From positions 1 to 32,151 of the forward strand of contig NIVC01004890.1 of assembly GCA_002269645.1 (NCBI GenBank): 32,151 bases of DNA, given 5' to 3'. The notes under the pieces were generated by a model, which was not told the DNA's origin, did not search any database, and was given only the letters and a program-made list of their open reading frames with translations. The translations under genes and the position numbers were made by a program. The DNA is from Macrostomum lignano. Its lineage: Eukaryota. Below, in pieces: positions 12,472 through 20,168 of the stretch. How positions within the stretch are numbered: the stretch's first letter is position 1; each line of letters opens with the position of its first letter.

Positions 12472-15400
12472 ATGAACGAAAGCAGCCGCAGCAGTAGCGA
12501 GATGATCAACAGGCTTTTTAGCCAGTTCGGCATTCCATTTGTCAAAGATCGAACTGGCTGCAGCTTGGCCGCCTGCGGCACCGCCGTGTGCCAGCAGGCG
12601 CTCAGCCGACGTCGGTTGAGTTCGCGCAGAGTCATGGAGAGAGCGACAGCCGGTCGGAGTCGAGTCGACAGGAAGAGACGCTTCCGCTTGGGAGGCGCCA
12701 GCGCGGGGAGCAGCGAAGTGGCGTGCGCGGTGTGCGAAGACGAGGCCTCCGGCTGGCACTACGGTGCAGTCACCTGCGACAGGTGAGCCACTGTCATTTC
12801 CTTCCTCTTTTGATGTTGAAAACTTTAATTTCGAGAATGTATCCAGATAAAAGTGCCTTTTATGATTTAGAGTTGGCCTTTTACAAAAAGTTGCATTACC
12901 GAGACATGAAGCTTGAAGGCTTTACAATAAATCAGTGTATACTGTAATGATTCTCAAACTTAGCTCAAAATGCGCCCATGTGTCTCAACAGTTGCAAGTC
13001 ATTCTTCGAGCGGTCGGTAAAAGACCGGCACATCTATGACTGCCACTTCAATCGAGACTGCGACCTGCGACTGCAGAGGAGAAACCACTGTCAGGGCTGC
13101 AGGTGGGACAGGTGTCTCGATGCCGGAATGATTGTCAGCGGTAAGTGAGGCTCAGTGAGTTCTTCCATTGCACAGGCTTCTATTTGGATTCACTAATTTT
13201 TACCCGCTCGTATTCTTAATCGAATTTGCAGCCGTCTGCAAGATCCGCGCTCTTGGGAATGACATCGAGACTGATGCACATCCGCATCTTGTAAGATCCT
13301 CTGCCAATCGTTCGTTCGACCTCGTTTGCATTTTACTCATTTTATTCAGCACATCGCAGTACGTTTTTATATGGTTCATATAAAAGCTGCAATGAACCTA
13401 ACCTGTAAAATTCTACTCCCCGAGGTCTGGTACGCTTACTCCCCGAGGTCTGGTACGCTTACTCCCCGAGGCCTAGTACGCTTACTCCCCGAGGCCTAGT
13501 ACGCTTACTCCCCGAGGTCTAGTACGCTTACTCCCCGAAGCCTAGTACGCTTACTCCCCGAGGTCTAGTACGCTTACTCCCCGAGGCCTAGTACGCTTAC
13601 TCCCCGAGGCCTAGTACGCTTACTCCCCAAGGTCTAGTACGCTTACCCCTCGAGGTCTAGTAGCATGCAGATTTTCTCCTGAGGTTCTGAGGTCGCGGAG
13701 ATTTTTGAGTCATGAAGGCATTAGTCTCAGTCTATCTGCGACACCTTAAGATAACCCCTCTCCCCACCGCAGAGGCACCGGCACTGGACTCGCCTGGAAG
13801 CTGAGGACATGCTCCGTATGGCGGACCAGTCCTCAAACCTGGCCGTGACGCCGCGTCCATCGCTACCCAGCCCGACAGACACCGAAAATAGCCAGTACGA
13901 TGAATTCTGGGAAGATGAAGCCGGCAATTGGACCGCTCTCAACGACAGCCAACCGCGCCAGGAGTCCATGCCCATTAGCGTTGAACTAGTGCGCAACGCT
14001 CTGATCCCGCTTGACGCGCCTGAGACTCTGGCGGCTCGACTCACCGACCTGGAGCGGTCCTGTCTGGCCACTCTGTTCCGGTGGAACAAGCGCCGTTTGG
14101 AGCACCGGTCGGACAATTCAAACGGAAACTTTGGCGCGGCTGCAGCCAATTGGGCGCCTATTTTGTTGGCCTCCGCGGCGCGTCAATTCTTGGCAAGTTG
14201 CCTAATCCTACCAACTGAGTCGGGAAAGTTGCTTACAGTCGCTTTAGTCGATCGACTTAAATGGCTGCTGCGAGGACGGGAGTTCGAATTCGAACCGCTT
14301 CTAGATCAGTTTGGTAAGTTTCCAAGATTTGCTTTTCGGTGTTGGTCTAGATTCAGCTAGAACCAGGCTAAAGACACTCAATGAATTAAGCCATGACCTG
14401 GCCATAGACACTCAATGAATTAAGCTAGGCCATAGACACTCAATGAATTAAGCTATGACCTGGCCATAGACACTCAATGAATTAAGCTATGACTGGTCAT
14501 AGACACTTAATGCATTCAGTTATGGCCTGGTCATAGATACTCAATGCATTCAGCTATGACCTGGCCATAGACACTCAATGAATTCAGCTATGGCCTGACC
14601 ATAGACAATGCATTCAGTTATGGCCTGGTCATAGATACTCAATGCATTCAGCTATGGTCTGGCCATAGACACTCAATGCATTCAGCTATGATCCGGCCAT
14701 AGACACCTCAAGGAATTAAGCTATGATGTGGCCATAGACACTCAATGCATTCAGCTATGATCCGGCCATAGACACCTCAAGGAATTAAGCTATGATGTGG
14801 CCATAGACACTCAATACATTCAGCTATGATCCGGCCATAGACACCTCAAGGAATTAAGCTATGATCTGGCCATAGACACTCAATGAATTCAGCTATGGCC
14901 TGACCATAGACAATGCATTCAGTTATGGCCTGGTCATAGATACTCAATGCATTCAGCTATGGTCTGGCCATAGACACTCAATGCATTCAGCTATGATCCG
15001 GCCATAGACACCTCAAGGAATTAAGCTATGATGTGGCCATAGACACTCAATGCATTCAGCTATGATCCGGCCATAGACACCTCAAGGAATTAAGCTATGA
15101 TGTGGCCATAGACACTCAATGCATTCAGCTATGATCCGGCCATAGACACCTCAAGGAATTAAGCTATGATCTGGCCATAGACACTCAATGCATTCAGCTA
15201 AGGGCCTGGCCATAGACAGTAAATTTCTGTAAGTAGCTCAGTAATGGTAGGATTTCGAAATTATTTGGTAAAAAATTACTAGCTTAAAAAATTAAGCTTC
15301 TAAAATCGCTTTCACTGCAGAGAACTTGGCAAAGCAAATAGGCGAAATGTGCAATCAATTGTTGAGCACCATACAAGAGGCTAAGCGTGATGTCATTCGC

Positions 15401-15737
15401 GACATCATTTTACTCATGGGAGAGCATACTGAGAATGGTAAGCTAAATGTTTGCTTTTAATATAGAGTTCATTAGGCAGTCTAGCTTAGACAAAGTTAAA
15501 TAATAACTAAAAAACCGGTCAGCATCAATACAGGTAGCTTTTCAGTTCCATTGAAACTACCTTTTTAAAATACCAGAAAAAGATGCAAAGCATAGAGAGC
15601 CGCAAGACAGCCTATACGTTACTACAGTGCTTTTCCAAGCTCAATGGAAAAACCTATTCAACTACGAAAGAGGGAGGTTGGCTGAGTTTAGCTGGGTGAA
15701 TGAGCTAGAAAATCCTATTGAGCTCAAAGCTTCATAG
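12472..15737 (+). CDS. Nuclear hormone receptor-like protein (C4 zinc-finger DBD, divergent C-terminus); 6 predicted exons, 445 aa
   Basis: Join of 12472-12782, 12992-13140, 13232-13290, 13773-14313, 15321-15437 and 15577-15737. All introns are GT-AG with compatible phases, and the total of 1338 nt is open. DBD: CAVCEDEASGWHYGAVTCDSCKSFFERSVKDRHIYDCHFNRDCDLRLQRRNHCQGCRWDRCLDAGM. Exons 1-2 are secure; exons 3-6 are inferred from splice signals and open frame. Confidence 0.8.
13414..13660. repeat. 23-bp intronic minisatellite (tactccccgaggtctagtacgct), about 10 copies
   Basis: Period 23 (13414, 13437...). Confidence 0.95.
14365..15218. repeat. About 31-34-bp intronic minisatellite (ggccatagacactcaatgcattcagctatgatc variants) with higher-order duplication
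   Basis: Recurrent ggccatagacac core with alternating variants. Confidence 0.9.
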
Positions 15738-16112
15738 TAAAAAATGAATTGCAACAGCTCTTATATATTGAGCCATCGTTTCAGTCAACCCAGAGTAGGC
15801 AGTCGTTCACGTGGACGACACGTTTTCATTGTCTTCTCTGGCCTCTCAGCCCCTCTCTCTCCCTTTGTGACTGCCCTGTGGACGAAAGCCCGAGCATAGA
15901 TATAGTATTTTAATGCTGGGGCCGCTGCCCCGAAAATGCAGAATCTCGAACCAGCTAGGTACACTTGTAGGCCATAACAATGCTTTTCTACCATTGTAAA
16001 AGCGGCGTGCCTGACCTAGTTATGAAATGAGCTTGTTTTGAGACATATTTAGAAAAGATGGCAGTTTTTATGCAGAAATCAGTGCGAGATTTATTGGGGC
16101 TTGTGGGCTGCA

Positions 16113-16329
16113 TCTCTTCCTCAGTTCCTTCAGTGTGGACTGCGGCTCTCCCTCAGTTCCTTCAGTGTGGACTGCATCTCTCCCTCAGTTCCTTCAGTGT
16201 GGGCTGCGGCTCTCCCTCAGTTCCTTCAGTGTGGACTGCGGCTCTCCCTCAGTTCCTTCAGTGTGGACTGCGGCTTTCCCTCAGTTCCTTCAGTGTGGAC
16301 TGCAGCTCTCCCTCAGTTCCTTCAGTGTG
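16113..16329. repeat. 32-bp minisatellite (ctctccctcagttccttcagtgtggactgcgg), truncated by the Polinton insertion
   Basis: Period 32 (16121, 16153...); the last unit stops after ...ttcagtgtg, where AGTAGT begins. Confidence 0.95.
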
Positions 16330-16650
16330 AGTAGTATATACGATACAAAATACCCAGCAAACCATTCTCACCATTGCAAACAATTTAACCCTTTATCAGT
16401 GTGAAATGGCCTGTTTCCCTTCATTTTCGCTCGTCTTCACTTCGCTCAACTCGCTTCGCTCATCCTCGCTTCATTTCGGTCAAACAGGCCATTTCACACT
16501 TACAACGACTAATTCTTTTTGAATGGTGAGAACACGCTCTCGTCGCTCGCTTTGGTTTGCTGGGTATTTTGTATCGTCAACGCTTCCAACTCTCTCCAAC
16601 ACACACAAACTTTCTAGAACCCGTCGCACGCGCCGCAGGCGCGAAGGGTC
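16330..16650 (+). repeat. Left terminal region (presumed TIR) with nested internal inverted repeats
   Basis: Starts AGTAGTA. Perfect inverted arms: 16341-16364/16553-16576 (24 bp), 16365-16375/16522-16532 (11 bp), 16398-16416/16482-16500 (19 bp). True TIR length cannot be determined without the other end. Confidence 0.8.
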
Positions 16651-16667
16651 TTTTTCTGTTATAAAAA

Positions 16668-16982
16668 ATGAACCGAGTTTACACCTTTTCTGTTAGTGAT
16701 ACTTTTGAGACTGTTGCTAAAAATGCAGAGATAATAAAACAACATATTTTGAATGGAATAATTGATGAAGTTTATTTAAAATATGACGACAAGCACGACC
16801 TAAAACTTTATCCATTAGAGCTAGATGAGATGTATGATTTAGAACAAGAGGGTGAGTTAATATTTCAACTTGGAGATTATTTAAATTCGGATGATTGGGA
16901 GGTTAGATCAACAGATTCCGAATCAACAAATAGTTCATATGAAACCAGTGATTCAGAGAATGAAAGTGAAATTTTTATGTGA
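16668..16982 (+). CDS. Hypothetical acidic Polinton protein, 104 aa
   Basis: ORF with a TATAAAAA-ATG start context and an acidic Ser-rich C-terminus. Confidence 0.6.
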   Translation: MNRVYTFSVSDTFETVAKNAEIIKQHILNGIIDEVYLKYDDKHDLKLYPLELDEMYDLEQEGELIFQLGDYLNSDDWEVRSTDSESTNSSYETSDSENESEIFM

Positions 16983-16998
16983 AAAAAATATTTAAAAA

Positions 16999-17253
16999 AT
17001 GAATTATTATTCTATAACAGAAACGACTTTTATTATGAAAAATATATATAAAAAAATGAAGGTAAATCGAACCCATGGTTCGCGTGCTTTGCACGATTAC
17101 TCCTACATCGGAAATGTGCCGATTAATGAACTTAATGAAAATTTAAGTTTGATAACAGTTGAACAAATGTCAATAATAATATTAGTAACAATAATAGTAA
17201 TAATATTGTTTTTGTTTGTTATAAAAAATTTACTACCTTGTTGTCTTAAGTAA
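16999..17253 (+). CDS. Small predicted membrane protein, 84 aa
   Basis: C-terminal hydrophobic helix IIILVTIIVIILFLFVI followed by LPCCLK; AAAAA-ATG context; contains one double-hairpin copy. Confidence 0.6.
   Translation: MNYYSITETTFIMKNIYKKMKVNRTHGSRALHDYSYIGNVPINELNENLSLITVEQMSIIILVTIIVIILFLFVIKNLLPCCLK
17068..17095 (+). repeat. 28-nt double-hairpin element, copy 1
   Basis: CGAACC-cat-GGTTCG CGTGC-ttt-GCACG, flanked by AT on both sides. Confidence 0.8.
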
Positions 17254-17263
17254 CTGTTCGAAC

Positions 17264-18871
17264 TTAGTTTGCAGATAATATCTGATTCTCATAAAAAGAA
17301 CCCAATATTTCTTCACCATCCTTATCAGCAATTATATAGGTTGTAGGATTTGTATTTAAAACTTTACTGATGGTAAATTTCTCACTTATCTTCCAATATC
17401 CTTTTCTTCCTTTTTCAAACTTATCTTTCCATTTATAGATATAAACAGAATCACCAACCTTAAAACCTTTAGTTTTCTTTTTTTCAAAATCTCCAAAAGT
17501 AACCTTAACATTTTCAGGTTTGTTATAAGCTTGTTGAGGAGTCATCTTTATAGCTGAATGATATGAATTGTTATAATCTTTCACTACGTCTGGTAATATT
17601 TTTACCCATTTTTGGTTACCATTAAGACTAAACTGAAACCATAATTTCTTACCTAAAGTTCGATTAAATCTTTCTATTAATGCGTTTTTACTCTCTCCAT
17701 AAATAGAATAAATTTTATTAATATACTCCCCATTCGCGTCTTTTTTCCTTTCTTGTCCTTTTTCAAAATGATACAATTTATACATGTGAGGATTGTAAAA
17801 TTCTTTTCCTTCGTCAACACACAACCGTTCGCTTTTTTCTCCAATGCTTCTAAAAGCACTAGCAACCACCTCTCCCTTTTTGGATTTTAAAGGAACAGCC
17901 CACGCGTAGCGAGTAAAACCATCTAATATTGTTAAGATATATTTATATCCATTATCATTTGGCATTGACATTAAATCAGCATACCAAATTTCATTCTTTT
18001 TGAAGTTCATGATTTTTCTATAAAATTTAGGTTTTCGATATTCTTTATGAAGAATCTTTGCCTCATCAGAACTTAACCCACCGCCACTTAACAACAAACA
18101 CTCAACACAATTATTTCCATGTTGATTATAATTAATTCCCAAACCAAATTTAACTTTAGACTGCAAAATCTTTTTAACCATCCACCTAGTTAATCTTTGC
18201 CCTACCGATAATCCCTGCAAGTTATCTAATCCTTGAATCATTTTTTGATCGGCTTCATGTTTTAATCTTAATGCTTCCTCGGGTGTGTTCTTATCAGCAT
18301 CTCTGTATGCTAAGTCATGATAGTATGCTAACCAATCAATTCCATTTATGGGAATTGAATCGGCTTTTGGAGTGTCATCAGGATTTAATCTCAAATCTAA
18401 GCGAGTGCCGGGTAGTTTACCCTCAATCTTTCGAATGAGGCTGGAGCACACCTTAAGCGGCGATAATTACCGCCCATCTCCGTCTGCTCTCTGAACCTTC
18501 TCCTTATATTTAAAATACTTAGGAGCTTGGCTGCGCATTGCCACCGTGTCTTCAAGCTTTTTACCATCGAACCATAGGTTCGCGGACGAAGTCCGATTGG
18601 GAAGAGGAGTTACCTCTGTTCCTTCAAAAGATTTCTCAATTGAAGTGGTACTTGAAGCTGTATGACGGGTTTCACGCAATTTGGAGACATCGCCACAAAT
18701 AGTGACTAGCAAGGACATTGCCTTCCTCACTCAGGCCACGGGTTAACCTGTGAAGTTCATTGATGGTAGGTGTAGTTCCCCTGTATATTTACCAGTAGTA
18801 AAGATTGGTGGTAAGCTTGTTAATCCTTTTTGTAAGTCTAAAAACCCTCCTTCAAATACTATTTGGGTCAT
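17264..18871 (-). CDS. Phospholipase A2 (parvovirus-type/PLA2X)-retroviral-like DDE integrase fusion, split by a group I intron; join(18871..18746, 18412..17264), 424 aa after splicing
   Basis: Exon 1 MTQIVF...GELHLPSMNFTG plus exon 2 PGTRLDLRL...PINGIDWLAYYHDLAY...KHEADQKM...KVKFGLG give the PLA2 Ca-loop and HD dyad. The rve core follows: WYADL (D), LCVDEGKEF (D), ALIERFNRTL (E), then a C-terminal FKVGD..SFY SH3-like tail. Confidence 0.92.
18413..18745 (-). ncRNA. Group I intron (IC1-like, with P5abc), 333 nt, no internal endonuclease ORF
   Basis: P1: exon CAGGU pairs with IGS GCCUG (U-G wobble at the splice site). P3 UGUCUCC/GGAGAUG; P4 UGCGUG/UGCGCA; P5a CUUCAAGU-ACCA/UGGU-AAAAA-GCUUGAAG with an A-rich bulge; P5b with GAAA loop; P6 GCC/GGU; P6a CUCCU/AGGAG; P7 G(A)GAGCA/UGCUCC; P8 GGCGGU/AUCGCC; P9.0 AG/CU; P9 with GAAA loop. 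The P/Q/R/S-like blocks are AAAUUGCG, GCGCAGCCAAG, GGUUCAGAGAGCA and CUUAAGGUGUGCUCC. Excision restores NFTG-PGT. Confidence 0.93.
18568..18595 (+). repeat. 28-nt double-hairpin element, copy 2 (inside the intron P5 extension)
   Basis: CGAACC-ata-GGTTCG CGGAC-gaa-GTCCG, flanked by AT on both sides. Confidence 0.8.
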
Positions 18872-19421
18872 TTTTAATAGCCTTAAAAATACATGAAAGC
18901 ACCAATTGTTTTGCAAATTCTTCAATGGTTGGTTGCTTAACTTTTTTATAGTTATTATCTACGCTAGTTAAGTATCTTTTATTTCTCCAATTTTCAGACT
19001 TTTTAATCTGATCATCGTCTTTGTAACTAAATGAAGAAGCGGGAATGAAATGATCAATATCTAACTTTCCAGTATAATTTTTTGGAACATAATAATTTCT
19101 TGTGAAATTTAACCAATCAAAAAAGAATTCTTTTGTGCAACCAAGATAGGAGATATAATGTTTGTCATGAAAAGTTCTCAATGCCCAAGTTATTTTAGCT
19201 CTAATTAGACTAATATTTTTGAAATTTTCATCAGTGCGATATTTATTTTTTGCATATTTATTACATTTATCTTTATTGTTTATTCTCCACATAGTACATT
19301 TAACTTTCTCACAAGATCGACAAAGATTTTTAAATTTTTTTGTGTCATTTCTCCAACAAAAAAATTCTTTAGTCATCGGTTTCTCAATTTTACACGTAGT
19401 ACAAATTTTTGTTTCATCCAT
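18852..19421 (-). CDS. Free-standing HNH endonuclease with N-terminal CxxC...CxxC zinc ribbon, 189 aa
   Basis: CTTC...CRSC; YLGCTKE; LDIDHFIPASSF...NWRN...LTSVDNNYKK matches the DH..P...N...N HNH family seen in large DNA viruses and phages. Confidence 0.8.
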   Translation of the reverse strand: MDETKICTTCKIEKPMTKEFFCWRNDTKKFKNLCRSCEKVKCTMWRINNKDKCNKYAKNKYRTDENFKNISLIRAKITWALRTFHDKHYISYLGCTKEFFFDWLNFTRNYYVPKNYTGKLDIDHFIPASSFSYKDDDQIKKSENWRNKRYLTSVDNNYKKVKQPTIEEFAKQLVLSCIFKAIKNDPNSI

Positions 19422-19448
19422 TTTATAAAAAATAAATTTAACAATTAA

Positions 19449-20135
19449 TTAAACACCAGTATGTCCAGCAGCTTTCGCGGCAGCTAAAACAAGTTTTCGC
19501 GGAGTTTTAAATCCTTCACCAACAGCCGGTTTGTTATTTATAGAATTAACAATCCATTTATACAAGCTGGTATTTTTAACAGCTCCTACTCCTAAATCAT
19601 CATAAAAAATTCTAGCACTTACTAATTCATCCTTAGTATAAAAATCAGGGTTAAACTTAACCCTAGGGTTAGTAATAATTCTATATGCTCCGCCCAATTC
19701 TCTATATAGTTCATTTCGATCTTTATCAACGTTACCAATTCGATAATTATTACCTAAATCTGTCGCAGCAATACTACGTGGCGCATCTCTTGGAAATTGT
19801 TTAACTTCTTCACCCCTTTCTGCAGCCCTAATCTCTGCACGTCTAATCTCTGCAATTCTCAATTGAGCTTGATCAACATCATAAGCAGGCGGCTCATCCA
19901 AAATTTCATCCTCTTTTGGCTCAGTATTTTTAGCAATTTTTTCCAGAAGGTCTTTATCTGTTTTTTCTAGTTCACTAATTTTCCCCGTAATAGGATTAAC
20001 AAAAGGAGCAGCAAATCTTTCACCAGCTAATTGTATTCCTAACTTTCTTTTTTGTAAATTTCTAACAAAATCAGAATATCTTTGCTTCTCTTTATAAATC
20101 GCTAACTCTCCATCAACGTCCATAAATTGACTCAT
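19449..20135 (-). CDS. Hypothetical Polinton protein, 228 aa (possible core/structural protein)
   Basis: Intact ORF divergent from the MCP gene, AAAAA-ATG context; no domain recognised. Confidence 0.7.
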   Translation of the reverse strand: MSQFMDVDGELAIYKEKQRYSDFVRNLQKRKLGIQLAGERFAAPFVNPITGKISELEKTDKDLLEKIAKNTEPKEDEILDEPPAYDVDQAQLRIAEIRRAEIRAAERGEEVKQFPRDAPRSIAATDLGNNYRIGNVDKDRNELYRELGGAYRIITNPRVKFNPDFYTKDELVSARIFYDDLGVGAVKNTSLYKWIVNSINNKPAVGEGFKTPRKLVLAAAKAAGHTGV

Positions 20136-20168
20136 TTTTTAACATAAAAAACTTTTTTAACTTAAAAA

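Noticed and set aside
10512-16329. Tandem arrays as CRISPR-like loci
   Set aside because: Units are contiguous with no unique spacers, there are no cas genes, and the context is eukaryotic. ORFs over these arrays (10689-11407, 16058-16404) are spurious.
17264-18451. ORF-track start (GTG, MCSSLIRKIEGKL) for the integrase
   Set aside because: These first residues are translated intron sequence (S element and P9); the real N-terminus is exon 1 starting at 18871.
18467-18730. 87-aa ORF inside the intron as a homing endonuclease or maturase
   Set aside because: GTG start, no LAGLIDADG, HNH, GIY-YIG or His-Cys motif, and it overlaps the ribozyme core; it is an incidental open frame.
18413-18746. 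The insert as a piggyBac-like element (TTAACCC...GGGTAAA ends)
   Set aside because: The right end is GGGTAAACTA, with no TTAA duplication and no real TIR. The full set of group I helices and the exact IGS pairing explain the insert better.
18413-18747. The insert as a spliceosomal intron (AG|GT at 18748/18747)
   Set aside because: No AG acceptor in the right phase restores G-P-G-T; the nearest compatible AG would delete the conserved loop.
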